From Tubulanus polymorphus (Eukaryota > Animalia > Nemertea), in the NCBI RefSeq assembly GCF_964204645.1, contig NC_134025.1, positions 13,330,001-13,394,000 of the forward strand: a stretch of 64,000 nucleotides of DNA, read 5' to 3'. A model generated the notes under the pieces. It did no database searches. It worked only from the letters and a program-made list of their open reading frames with translations, and had not been told where the DNA came from. Positions within the stretch are counted from its first letter, which is position 1. Each line of letters starts with the position of its first letter. The position numbers and the translations under genes are program-made. Shown here one piece after another: positions 13,401 to 28,400 of this stretch.

Positions 13401-16400
13401 AAATGTGCCAAAAGGTTACATCCAAAGCAATAATTCTAGCACAACGAGTTTCAAATTACCTGATGTGATGAAAAGTGGAATATTGCGGAATGAATTTACC
13501 AATCCAAAAACAGGAAGGTTAGATGAAGCTATACAGGGTGGGACGATAGATGCTCAACATTTCAATATACTCCTGCCATCTGGGGATACAAATATATTAG
13601 ACATTGCACCTGCCACTGGGCAGGTAGATCCCAAAATGCGGCGAGTAACTGGCCGTGTGGCAGCTTCACACATACCTCTCATGCAAACTGCCACAACCGA
13701 TTTGCATGAAACGCGTTCGCCCATGGTTAATCTAAGCTATGAGGCAACAAGACATATGACTCCAGATAATGCCCATGATGATGCAAAATATGCTAGCATC
13801 ATTCAACCAAAATGTAGATCAACCGATGACATAAAACCTGTAGAAACAGATTTGATTGTTGATAACAACAAATTAACTCAAGAGAGTAAAAAGTTTGATT
13901 CTATGAAGAAAATGGATGTTGAGTGTATAATTAATCCACTAACTGATCAAGTAGGTAGAGATAAATTTGACTTTCCATTGCCAAAAAAACATTTTCTCGC
14001 AGAAGTTCATACAATCACTTTGCTCTTAGAAGAGCTCAGTACTTCACAACTTGAAATTTGGTCGAATACGGATGACTTTGATAGGCCATGCGATGCTTAC
14101 CAACCACCACTTTGTCACGAGCGAAAGGAAATCAAACGTTTTCATAACCCAGCACATCTTGAATCAATAACAATTCGACCTTGGAGTACTGATGGGTTAG
14201 GAACAGAGCATGGTGCTACTGAAATTGAGTACTTGTGTGGAGGAATTATTGGTTATGGAAAACTGGTTCCACCTGAGATACCAATTCCAGATGATGATTC
14301 CGCAAAATCTCAGAAAGTTAGGGCACAAACATGTTTAAAGAAAATCAAAATTTCAAATCGTCTTTGGAAGTCTGCCATCGATATCTGGACTAATCTGTCA
14401 GCAATTCCGAAACCTTTATCGGTTTCCCATCCTAGGAGAAAAATTGGCCCATGTCCAAATAAAGTTTTGTTAAAAAAACTAAGAATTTGCATCACCGATG
14501 AATGGCAAAATGATGGAATAGCAAATACAGAAATAACTATGGAGTCTCATTTTATATCCCCGAGTAAAAGAGGAATTTCATCTTGCCGAAGACGAAATAT
14601 TGACGACAGAGATATTGGGCCTGCAGACTACTTGCAGGGTAGTGAATCCGAATCCATATATGGACCTGATGGAAATATGGATATCTCAGCACAACTTAAT
14701 CATTCTATACAAAAAGGAGAATTTGATATTGCACCTATTGATTTATGGTCATCCGTACATCCAAGCGAACCAGTTTCCTATCATTCACCATCAAATGGTC
14801 AGCCATACAGTAAAAAGGCGTTGAAGAGATGGTTCACACTTATGTCTAAGCAGCTCCCTATTTGGCATACCGAGGGTTTAGATCATGGTTTTCATAAAGT
14901 GGAGATTGAATATGATACCCCTGACAGTTTTGGAAAGTACGTTTTGCCCTTGACAGACATTGATGTCACGGTGATGGACAGTTGCAAAAATTCTGATCCC
15001 AATGAATGTCAAAAAATATCATTTAAAAATGATGACTTAAACTTTAAACTCGCGCCCATTGATGTGTGGTGTACATCAATTCGGGATAAAGATCTCTCGG
15101 TAAATGTCCCCAATGGTTTAAGGAGGAAGACACGATCTTTCTCAAGACGAAGGCTGATGGAACGTTCGGCCAATGAAGTGTGGCATACTGATGGAATAGA
15201 CCGAGCGGATTATCTTTTTGAAGTAAGCTCTATAACTTCTTATGATAAGGGCACAGTAAAAGTGCACCAGCCGCGGTTGCATAGTATAGGAGAACGAGAT
15301 GAATGTTCGTCAAATATATATACATTGGATATGGTGAACCAGCCAGATAGTTTGATACTAAGTGCGTTGGTGGATCAAGGCTTGTTGATACCACCAGTGC
15401 CAGAAGATATAGCTGTCAAAGAAACTAAAGGAATAGCATGTGGTACACCGGTGAAAGAAGAAGAGAATGAAATAACCATGTTTTCAAAACATGCAGACTC
15501 TGTGGGTTTTGATTCACGCAATATACATGCTCATCAGGATATTCCAATGACTAAGGTAAGTAACATTTCACAATCATTAAACATTCGTATTAACGATCAG
15601 GTATTCAAGGCATCAGCTGGTAGCTTCGACGGTGAAGGTTCAACCAACTCCCATATTGAGAATATGCCTACATCAGTTCACTTAGCTGAAAATGATGATG
15701 TCCAGGAATTGAGCAGTCCGCAGGAAAGTGAACCAGGCGCAGTTAGTGACCTGACTTTCCTAGACGATAACAAGGCAGGTTCTAGTAGCATTTGTGCAAC
15801 TCTGCAAAAAGGTGATATGGGCAGAGAATTGTACGATGAATGTAAAGATATCATAATGAAAGATACCAGAGGGAAAATAATCACTGCACCGCATTATTTG
15901 ACTCAACAAGCTAATTTAGATAAAACAGCAGGAGAAACTGCCACACCAGAGCGTTCGAACGTATATGATTCAAAAAAACGATATGGCGTAAACCAGAAAG
16001 ACATCAGCGAAACATTATCGAATATGTCTGTACGCATGTCAAAATCTTGGAATGACATTTCCATGCTCAACGAAAACGATGTCAGTTCAAATGATTATGC
16101 AAAAAATGGAAAGCTGTTTGCAAACACACCTAAGGTGCATGGATGTACAGGTACACTTCCACCGATTTTTGAACTAAACAGTTTTACCGATGAAGACACA
16201 TTTGATCAATATGGTTCAAGAATGCATAGAAAATATACTCAATCAGATCCTGGTATCGACAACGCTGGAGTTAATATCCCGGAACGTTCATATTCAGAAA
16301 CAGATCTATATGCATTTGACAATTACCTTATGTTAAACGAGCTATCACAGTCATCTGATAGTATAATGTACATTTTCCTGGGTACGAGGTCTTCTACCAC

Positions 16401-19400
16401 AAAAAGCACCGATGATATATGTGATAACTTGGAAAATCAATTCGAAAAGTTGGGTGCCACGCCTACAACTAAGGAACATTCTGCATTTCCAAAGTCAGTT
16501 TTGAAGAGCAAGGATTCAACAGCCATTAAGATACTAACGGAAGTCAAAGGAGAAAGACCATCTGTATATCATCCAGGATTGGTAATGAGGAAAAGGAGAT
16601 TGGCCAAAAGCAAAAGGCCGAAGAGTTATCATTTTGATAGACGTATGATTCGAGATTTCGAGGGGGAAAATCACCACGAGGAACAGAGAAAATCATTTTA
16701 TGAACAAGACCTAGCTGCAACACCGGAATATGGAAGAAAAGGCAAGGAATGGACGCCTGCAACAGAAAGTGGAAAAGATCTAGCTGAGAAACAAAGATGT
16801 TCAATTGAGCAATCTTTAGATGTCGCTTCTGGTCAAGCAAACAAACATATATTTTCACTGTCGGGCGATGTTAACAATAGCGCTGTTTCATCCGATGTAA
16901 CGAAACTGGAGCCAATGATGTTGGAAGAAACTCTCGGCACATTCGTAGACCCGCAAACACGCAGCAAGATGAAACTCGCTGATGCGGTCGCCACTAGTTT
17001 GATTGACGGAACGTCGACTAAAGTAAAGACGCCGTCCGGAGGGTCGACAACACTTTCTCAAGCAATTTCTACCGGTATCGTCGATGGCCAATCAGGAAAG
17101 GGGTTTAGTCCATCGACCGGAAAACTGGTTGACTTGTCACAAGCCATTGACTCGGGAGTGGTGAGTACCTATTCGAAACCGAAGATGACGCTGAATGAAG
17201 CCGTTGAACGGGGTCTTTACGATAGTGATGACAATACAATCATCGACCCAAATACTGGTAGCAAAGTAAAATTACTATCGGCCATCTCCGACGGATTGAT
17301 CGACGCCACTTCGTCAGCGATAACTGCATCAGATGGCAGCGTCGTACAATTAAATCGAGCCCTTTCCGATGGTCTTGTCGACGCACACACTGGCAACGTT
17401 ATCGACGAAACTACAGGCAAATCCGTCGCACTGTCGGATGTTCTCACTAATAAACCGGCGACAGTTCCAAAAAACCTAAGTATCGAAGAAGCTATCGAGA
17501 TTGGTGTTTTCGACGCAAAAAGAAACGCATTTATCGATCCATTAACCGGAAAAGATATGACGCTAGCAGAGGCCGTACAACACGGATTGGTCAGCGCTGA
17601 AAGATCACACGTGAAAACATCTGATGGTGATTTCATGACCGTTGGCCGAGCTATTGCAACTGGTAGTATCGACGGCGAAACAGGAATTGTTAACGACCAA
17701 AAGACAGGCCAGGCAGTGTGCCTCGCTGAAGCTGTCTCCAAAGGATTGGTTAGCTCAGTCGAAGCGGTTGTTCCACCACTTAAATCGCTGACCGTCGACG
17801 AAGCAGTAAAAAGGGGTCTTTACGATGAAAAGACCAACACTTTCGTGGACCCCATCAACGGCAGTCGGATGAGTTTGGTTTCGGCTATTACCAGTGGGAA
17901 AATCGACGCGGAGGCGAGCAAAGTAAAAACGCTGACCGGAGACGTGTCACTCAATGAAGCTCTTTCATCCGGAATCGTAGATGCCACAACTGGAAAGGTT
18001 GCCGACCAAACTACCGGACAGATAATTTCACTGTCGGATGCTGTTAACAATGGCGCTGTTTCATCCGATGTTAGGCAACCGGAACCAATGACGTTGGATG
18101 AAGCGCTCGGCAAAGGTATTTACGATGCCAAATCGAACACAGTGATCGATCCAAACAGCGGAAATCGCTTGTCAATCATTGATGCGGTGAAAGAAGGAGT
18201 GATTGACGGAAAATTGAGTAAACTGAAACTGGCAACTGACAGCGATCGGGAAATAAGTCTTCAAGACGTCATTAACACAGGCATGATAGACCCCGATTCC
18301 GGTAAACTGATCGACCCTAACAGTGGACAAGTTATCGATGTCGAGCAAGCATTACAAACAGGCGCGAAACTAGCCGATACAACGCAAGTACGTGGAATTA
18401 CCATTGACGAAGCCATTTCTGCTGGATTGATGGACGGAAACACATTCGTAGATCCACAAACGGGCAGAAAGATGAACCTCGCTGATGCGGTCGCCACTGG
18501 TTTGATTGACGGAATGTCGAAAAAAGTAAAGACGCCGTCCGGAGGGTCGACAACACTTTCTCAAGCAATTTCTACCGGTATCGTCGATGGCTTATCAGGA
18601 AAGGTGTTTAGTCCATCGACCGGAAAACTGGTTGACTTGTCACAAGCCATTGACTCGGGAGTGGTGAGTACCTATTCGAAACCGAAGATGACGCTGAATG
18701 AAGCCATTGAACGGGGTCTTTACGATAGTGATGACAATACAATCATCGACCCAAATACTGGTAGCAAAGTAAAATTACTATCGGCCATCTCCGACGGAGT
18801 GATCGACGCCACCTCGTCAGCGATAACAGCTTCAGATGGCAGCGTCGTTCAATTAAATCGAGCCATTTCCGATGGTCTTGTCGACGCACACACTGGCAAC
18901 GTTATCGACGAAACTACAGGCAAATCCGTCGCGCTGTCGGATGTTCTCACTAATAAACCGGCGACAGTACCAAAAAACCTAAGTATCGAAGAAGCTATCG
19001 AGATTGGTGTTTTCGACGCAAAAAGAAACGCATTTATCGATCCATTAACCGGAAAAGATATGACGCTATCAGAGGCCGTACAACACGGATTGGTCAGCGC
19101 TGAAAGATCACACGTGAAAACATCTGATGGTGATTTCATGACCGTTGGCCGAGGTATTGCAACTGGTAGTATCGACGGCGAAACAGGAATTATTAACGAC
19201 CAAAAGACAGGCCAGGCAGTGTGCCTCGCTGAAGCTGTCTCCAAAGGATTGGTTAGCTCAGTCGAAGAGGATGTTCCACCACTTAAATCGCTGACCGTCG
19301 ACGAAGCAGTAAAAAGGGGTCTTTACGATGAAAAGACCAACACTTTCGTGGACCCCATCAACGGCAGTCGGATGAGTTTGGTTTCGGCTATTACCAGCGG

Positions 19401-22400
19401 GAAAATCGACGCGGAGGCGAGCAAAGTAAAAACGCTGACCGGAGACGTGTCACTCAATGAAGCTCTTTCATCCGGAATCGTAGATGCCACAACTGGAAAG
19501 GTTGCCGACCAAACTACCGGACAGATAATTTCACTGTCGGATGCTGTTAACAATGGCGCTGTTTCATCCGATGTTAGGCAACCGGAACCAATGACGTTGG
19601 ATGAAGCGCTCGGCAAAGGTATTTACGATGCCAAATCGAACACAGTGATCGATCCAAACAGCGGAAATCGCTTGTCAATCATTGATGCGGTGAAAGAGGG
19701 AGTGATTGACGGAAAATTGAGTAAACTGAAACTGGCAACTGACAGCGATCGGGAAATAAGTCTTCAAGACGTCATTAACACAGGCATGATAGACCCCGAT
19801 TCCGGTAAACTGATCGACCCTAACAGTGGACAAGTTATCGATGTCGAGCAAGCATTACAGACAGGCGCGAAACTAGCCGATACAATGCTGGTACGTGGAA
19901 TGACCATTGACGAAGCCATTTCTGCTGGATTGATGGACGGAAACACATTCGTAGACCCACAAACGGGCAGAAAGATGAACCTCGCTGATGCGGTCGCCAC
20001 TGGTTTGATTGCCGGAACGTCGACTAAAGTAAAGACGCCGTCCGGAGAGTCGACAACACTTTCTCAAGCAATTTCTGCCGGTATCGTTGATGGCCAATCA
20101 GGAAAGGTGTTTAGTCCATCGACCGGAAAACTGGTTGACTTGTCACAAGCCATTGACTCGGGAGTGGTGAGTACCTATTCGAAACCGAAGATGACGCTGA
20201 ATGAAGCCGTTGAACGGGGTCTTTACGATAGTGATGACAAAACGATCATCGACCCAAATACTGGTAGCAAAGTAAAATTACTATCGGCCATCTCCGACGG
20301 ATTGATCGACGCCACCTCGTCAGCGATAACTGCTTCAGATGGCAGCGTCGTTCAATTAAATCGAGCCATTTCCGATGGTCTTGTCGACGCACACACTGGC
20401 AACGTTATCGACGAAACTACAGGCAAATCCGTCGCGCTGTCGGATGTTCTCACTAATAAACCGGCGACAGTACCAAAAAACCTAAGTATCGAAGAAGCTA
20501 TCGAGATTGGTGTTTTCGACGCAAAAAGAAACGCATTTATCGATCCATTAACCGGAAAAGATATGACGCTAGCAGAGGCCGTACAACACGGATTGGTCAG
20601 CGCTGAAAGATCACACGTGAAAACATCTGATGGTGATTTCATGACCGTTGGCCGAGCTATTGCAACTGGTAGTATCGACGGCGAAACAGGAATTATTAAC
20701 GACCAAAAGACAGGCCAGGCAGTGTGCCTCGCTGAAGCTGTCTCCAAAGGATTGGTTAGCTCAGTCGAAGAGGATGTTCCACCACTTAAATCGCTGACTG
20801 TCGACGAAGCAGTAAAAAGGGGTCTTTACGATGAAAAGACCAACACTTTCGTGGACCCCATCAACGGCAGTCGGATGAGTTTGGTTTCGGCTATTACCAG
20901 CGGGAAAATCGACGCGGAGGCGAGCAAAGTAAAAACGCTGACCGGAGACGTGTCACTCAATGAAGCTCTTTCATCCGGAATCGTAGATGCCACAACTGGA
21001 AAGGTTGCCGACCAAACTACCGGACAGATAATTTCACTGTCGGATGCTGTTAACAATGGCGCTGTTTCATCCGATGTTAGGCAACCTGAACCAATGACGT
21101 TGGATGAAGCGCTCGGCAAAGGTATTTACGATGCCAAATCGAACACAGTGATCGATCCAAACAGCGGAAATCGCTTGTCAATCATTGATGCGGTGAAAGA
21201 AGGAGTGATTGACGGAAAATTGAGTAAACTGAAACTGGCAACTGACAGCGATCGGGAAATAAGTCTTCAAGACGTCATTAACACAGGCATGATAGACCCC
21301 GATTCCGGTAAACTGATCGACCCTAACAGTGGACAAGTTATCGATGTCGAGCAAGCATTACAGACAGGCGCGAAACTAGCCGATACAATGCCAGTACGTG
21401 GAATGACCATTGACGAAGCCATTTCTGCTGGATTGATGGACGGAAACACATTCGTAGACCCACAAACGGGCAGAAAGATGAACCTCGCTGATGCGGTCGC
21501 CACTGGTTTGATTGACGGAGCGTCGACTAAAGTAAAGACGCCGTCCGGAGAGTCGACAACACTTTCTCAAGCAATTTCTGCCGGTATCGTTGATGGCCAA
21601 TCAGGAAAGGTGTTTAGTCCATCGACCGGAAAACTGGTTGACTTGTCACAAGCCATTGACTCGGGAGTGGTGAGTACCTATTCGAAACCGAAGATGACGC
21701 TGAATGAAGCCGTTGAACGGGGTCTTTACGATAGTGATGACAATACAATCATCGACCCAAATACTGGTAGCAAAGTAAAATTACTATCGGCCATCTCCGA
21801 CGGAGTGATCGACGCCACCTCGTCAGCGATAACTGCTTCAGATGGCAGCGTCGTTCAATTAAATCGAGCCATTTCCGATGGTCTTGTCGACGCACACACT
21901 GGCAACGTTATCGACGAAACTACAGGCAAATCCGTCGCGCTGTCGGATGTTCTCACTAATAAACCGGCGACAGTACCAAAAAACCTAAGTATCGAAGAAG
22001 CTATCGAGATTGGTGTTTTCGACGCAAAAAGAAACGCATTTATCGATCCATTAACCGGAAAAGATATGACGCTAGCAGAGGCCGTACAACACGGATTGGT
22101 CAGCGCTGAAAGATCACACGTGAAAACATCTGATGGTGATTTCATGACCGTTGGCCGAGCTATTGCAACTGGTATTATCGACGGCGAAACAGGAATTATT
22201 AACGACCAAAAGACAGGCCAGGCAGTGTGCCTCGCTGAAGCTGTCTCCAAAGGATTGGTTAGCTCAGTCGAAGAGGATGTTCCACCACTTAAATCGCTGA
22301 CTGTCGACAAAGCAGTAAAAAGGGGTCTTTACGATGAAAAGACCAACACTTTCGTGGACCCCATCAACGGCAGTCGGATGAGTTTGGTTTCGGCTATTAC

Positions 22401-25400
22401 CAGCGGGAAAATCGACGCGGAGGCGAGCAAAGTAAAAACGCTGACCGGAGACGTGTCACTCAATGAAGCTCTTTCATCCGGAATCGTAGATGCCACAACT
22501 GGAAAGGTTGCCGACCAAACTACCGGACAGATAATTTCACTGTCGGATGCTGTTAACAATGGCGCTGTTTCATCCGATGTTAGGCAACCTGAACCAATGA
22601 CGTTGGATGAAGCGCTCGGCAAAGGTATTTACGATGCCAAATCGAACACAGTGATCGATCCAAACAGCGGAAATCGCTTGTCAATCATTGATGCGGTGAA
22701 AGAGGGAGTGATTGACGGAAAATTGAGTAAACTGAAACTGGCAACTGACAGCGATCGGGAAATAAGTCTTCAAGACGTCATTAACACAGGCATGATAGAC
22801 CCCGATTCCGGTAAACTGATCGACCCTAACAGTGGACAAGTTATCGATGTCGAGCAAGCATTACAGACAGGCGCGAAACTAGCCGATACAATGCCAGTAC
22901 GTGGAATGACCATTGACGAAGCCATTTCTGCTGGATTGATGGACGGAAACACATTCGTAGACCCACAAACGGGCAGAAAGATGAACCTCGCTGATGCGGT
23001 CGCCACTGGTTTGATTGCCGGAACGTCGACTAAAGTAAAGACGCCGTCCGGAGAGTCGACAACACTTTCTCAAGCAATTTCTGCCGGTATCGTTGATGGC
23101 CAATCAGGAAAGCTGTTTAGTCCATCGACCGGAAAACTGGTTGACTTGTCACAAGCCATTGACTCGGGAGTGGTGAGTACCTATTCGAAACCGAAGATGA
23201 CGCTGAATGAAACCGTTGAACGGGGTCTTTACGATAGTGATGACAATACAATCATCGACCCAAATACTGGTAGCAAAGTAAAATTACTATCGGCCATCTC
23301 CGACGGAGTGATCGACGCCACCTCGTCAGCGATAACTGCTTCAGATGGCAGCGTCGTTCAATTAAATCGAGCCATTTCCGATGGTCTTGTCGACGCACAC
23401 ACTGGCAACGTTATCGACGAAACTACAGGCAAATCCGTCGCGCTGTCGGATGTTCTCACTAATAAACCGGCGACAGTACCAAAAAACCTAAGTATCGAAG
23501 AAGCTATCGAGATCGGTGTTTTCGACGCAAAAAGAAACGCATTTATCTATCCATTAACCGGAAAAGATATGACGCTAGCAGAGGCCGTACAACACGGATT
23601 GGTCAGCGCTGAAAGATCACACGTGAAAACATCTGATGGTGATTTCATGACCGTTGGCCGAGCTATTGCAACTGGTAGTATCGACGGCGAAACAGGAATT
23701 ATTAACGACCAAAAGACAGGCCAGGCAGTGTGCCTCGCTGAAGCTGTCTCCAAAGGATTGGTTAGCTCAGTCGAAGAGGATGTTCCACCACTTAAATCGC
23801 TGACTGTCGACGAAGCAGTAAAAAGGGGTCTTTACGATGAAAAGACCAACACTTTCGTGGACCCCATCAACGGCAGTCGGATGAGTTTGGTTTCGCCTAT
23901 TACCAGCGGGAAAATCGACGCGGAGGCGAGCAAAGTAAAAACGCTGACCGGAGACGTGTCACTCAATGAAGCTCTTTCATCCGGAATCGTAGATGCCACA
24001 ACTGGAAAGGTTGCCGACCAAACTACCGGACAGATAATTTCACTGTCGGATGCTGTTAACAATGGCGCTGTTTCATCCGATGTTAGGCAACCGGAACCAA
24101 TGACGTTGGATGAAGCGCTCGGCAAAGGTATTTACGATGCCAAATCAAACACAGTGATCGATCCAAACAGCGGAAATCGCTTGTCAATCATTGATGCGGT
24201 GAAAGAGGGAGTGATTGGCGGAAAATTGAGTAAACTGAAACTGGCAACTGACAGCGATCGGGAAATAAGTCTTCAAGACGTCATTAACACAGGCATGATA
24301 GACCCCGATTCCGGTAAACTGATCGACCCTAACAGTGGACAAGTTATCGATGTCGAGCAAGCATTACAGACAGGCGCGAAACTAGCCGATACAATGCCAG
24401 TACGTGGAATGACCATTGACGAAGCCATTTCTGCTGGATTGATGGACGGAAACACATTCGTAGACCCACAAACGGGCAGAAAGATGAACCTCGCTGATGC
24501 GGTCGCCACTGGTTTGATTGACGGAACGTCGACTAAAGTAAAGACGCCGTCCGGAGAGTCGACAACACTTTCTCAAGCAATTTCTGCCGGTATCGTTGAT
24601 GGCCAATCAGGAAAGCTGTTTAGTCCATCGACCGGAAAACTGGTTGACTTGTCACAAGCCATTGACTCGGGAGTGGTGAGTACCTATTCGAAACCGAAGA
24701 TGACGCTGAATGAAGCCGTTGAACGGGGTCTTTACGATAGTGATGACAAAACGATCATCGACCCAAATACTGGTAGCAAAGTAAAATTACTATCGGCCAT
24801 CTCCGACGGATTGATCGACGCCACCTCGTCAGCGATAACTGCTTCAGATGGCAGCGTCGTTCAATTAAATCGAGCCATTTCCGATGGTCTTGTCGACGCA
24901 CACACTGGCAACGTTATCGACGAAACTACAGGCAAATCCGTCGCGCTGTCGGATGTTCTCACTAATAAACCGGCGACAGTACCAAAAAACCTAAGTATCG
25001 AAGAAGCTATCGAGATCGGTGTTTTCGACGCAAAAAGAAACGCATTTATCGATCCATTAACCGGAAAAGATATGACGCTAGCAGAGGCCGTACAACACGG
25101 ATTGGTCAGCGCTGAAAGATCACACGTGAAAACATCTGATGGTGATTTCATGACCGTTGGCCGAGCTATTGCAACTGGTAGTATCGACGGCGAAACAGGA
25201 ATTATTAACGACCAAAAGACAGGCCAGGCAGTGTGCCTCGCTGAAGCTGTCTCCAAAGGATTGGTTAGCTCAGTCGAAGAGGATGTTCCACCACTTAAAT
25301 CGCTGACTGTCGACGAAGCAGTAAAAAGGGGTCTTTACGATGAAAAGACCAACACTTTCGTGGACCCCATCAACGGCAGTCGGATGAGTTTGGTTTCGGC

Positions 25401-28400
25401 TATTACCAGCGGGAAAATCGACGCGGAGGCGAGCAAAGTAAAAACGCTGACCGGAGACGTGTCACTCAATGAAGCTCTTTCATCCGGAATCGTAGATGCC
25501 ACAACTGGAAAGGTTGCCGACCAAACTACCGGACAGATAATTTCACTGTCGGATGCTGTTAACAATGGCGCTGTTTCATCCGATGTTAGGCAACCTGAAC
25601 CAATGACGTTGGATGAAGCGCTCGGCAAAGGTATTTACGATGCCAAATCGAACACAGTGATCGATCCAAACAGCGGAAATCGCTTGTCAATCATTGATGC
25701 GGTGAAAGAAGGAGTGATTGACGGAAAATTGAGTAAACTGAAACTGGCAACTGACAGCGATCGGGAAATAAGTCTTCAAGACGTCATTAACACAGGCATG
25801 ATAGACCCCGATTCCGGTAAACTGATCGACCCTAACAGTGGACAAGTTATCGATGTCGAGCAAGCATTACAGACAGGCGCGAAACTAGCCGATACAATGC
25901 CAGTACGTGGAATGACCATTGACGAAGCCATTTCTGCTGGATTGATGGACGGAAACACATTCGTAGACCCACAAACGGGCAGAAAGATGAACCTCGCTGA
26001 TGCGGTCGCCACTGGTTTGATTGACGGAGCGTCGACTAAAGTAAAGACGCCGTCCGGAGAGTCGACAACACTTTCTCAAGCAATTTCTGCCGGTATCGTT
26101 GATGGCCAATCAGGAAAGGTGTTTAGTCCATCGACCGGAAAACTGGTTGACTTGTCACAAGCCATTGACTCGGGAGTGGTGAGTACCTATTCGAAACCGA
26201 AGATGACGCTGAATGAAGCCGTTGAACGGGGTCTTTACGATAGTGATGACAAAACGATCATCGACCCAAATACTGGTAGCAAAGTAAAATTACTATCGGC
26301 CATCTCCGACGGATTGATCGACGCCACCTCGTCAGCGATAACTGCTTCAGATGGCAGCGTCGTTCAATTAAATCGAGCCATTTCCGATGGTCTTGTCGAC
26401 GCACACACTGGCAACGTTATCGACGAAACTACAGGCAAATCCGTCGCGCTGTCGGATGTTCTCACTAATAAACCGGCGACAGTACCAAAAAACCTAAGTA
26501 TCGAAGAAGCTATCGAGATCGGTGTTTTCGACGCAAAAAGAAACGCATTTATCGATCCATTAACCGGAAAAGATATGACGCTAGCAGAGGCCGTACAACA
26601 CGGATTGGTCAGCGCTGAAAGATCACACGTGAAAACATCTGATGGTGATTTCATGACCGTTGGCCGAGCTATTGCAACTGGTAGTATCGACGGCGAAACA
26701 GGAATTATTAACGACCAAAAGACAGGCCAGGCAGTGTGCCTCGCTGAAGCTGTCTCCAAAGGATTGGTTAGCTCAGTCGAAGAGGATGTTCCACCACTTA
26801 AATCGCTGACTGTCGACGAAGCAGTAAAAAGGGGTCTTTACGATGAAAAGACCAACACTTTCGTGGACCCCATCAACGGCAGTCGGATGAGTTTGGTTTC
26901 GGCTATTACCAGCGGGAAAATCGACGCGGAGGCGAGCAAAGTAAAAACGCTGACCGGAGACGTGTCACTCAATGAAGCTCTTTCATCCGGAATCGTAGAT
27001 GCCACAACTGGAAAGGTTGCCGACCAAACTACCGGACAGATAATTTCACTGTCGGATGCTGTTAACAATGGCGCTGTTTCATCCGATGTTAGGCAACCTG
27101 AACCAATGACGTTGGATGAAGCGCTCGGCAAAGGTATTTACGATGCCAAATCGAACACAGTGATCGATCCAAACAGCGGAAATCGCTTGTCAATCATTGA
27201 TGCGGTGAAAGAAGGAGTGATTGACGGAAAATTGAGTAAACTGAAACTGGCAACTGACAGCGATCGGGAAATAAGTCTTCAAGACGTCATTAACACAGGC
27301 ATGATAGACCCCGATTCCGGTAAACTGATCGACCCTAACAGTGGACAAGTTATCGATGTCGAGCAAGCATTACAGACAGGCGCGAAACTAGCCGATACAA
27401 TGCCAGTACGTGGAATGACCATTGACGAAGCCATTTCTGCTGGATTGATGGACGGAAACACATTCGTAGACCCACAAACGGGCAGAAAGATAAACCTCGC
27501 TGATGCCGTCGCCACTGGTTTGATTGACGGAGCGTCGACTAAAGTAAAGACGCCGTCCGGAGAGTCGACAACACTTTCTCAAGCAATTTCTGCCGGTATC
27601 GTTGATGGCCAATCAGGAAAGGTGTTTAGTCCATCGACCGGAAAACTGGTTGACTTGTCACAAGCCATTGACTCGGGAGTGGTGAGTACCTATTCGAAAC
27701 CGAAGATGACGCTGAATGAAGCCGTTGAACGGGGTCTTTACGATAGTGATGACAAAACGATCATCGACCCAAATACTGGTAGCAAAGTAAAATTACTATC
27801 GGCCATCTCCGACGGATTGATCGACGCCACCTCGTCAGCGATAACTGCTTCAGATGGCAGCGTCGTTCAATTAAATCGAGCCATTTCCGATGGTCTTGTC
27901 GACGCACACACTGGCAACGTTATCGACGAAACTACAGGCAAATCCGTCGCGCTGTCGGATGTTCTCACTAATAAACCGGCGACAGTACCAAAAAACCTAA
28001 GTATCGAAGAAGCTATCGAGATCGGTGTTTTCGACGCAAAAAGAAACGCATTTATCGATCCATTAACCGGAAAAGATATGACGCTAGCAGAGGCCGTACA
28101 ACACGGATTGGTCAGCGCTGAAAGATCACACGTGAAAACATCTGATGGTGATTTCATGACCGTTGGCCGAGCTATTGCAACTGGTAGTATCGACGGCGAA
28201 ACAGGAATTATTAACGACCAAAAGACAGGCCAGGCAGTGTGCCTCGCTGAAGCTGTCTCCAAAGGATTGGTTAGCTCAGTCGAAGAGGATGTTCCACCAC
28301 TTAAATCGCTGACTGTCGACGAAGCAGTAAAAAGGGGTCTTTACGATGAAAAGACCAACACTTTCGTGGACCCCATCAACGGCAGTCGGATGAGTTTGGT

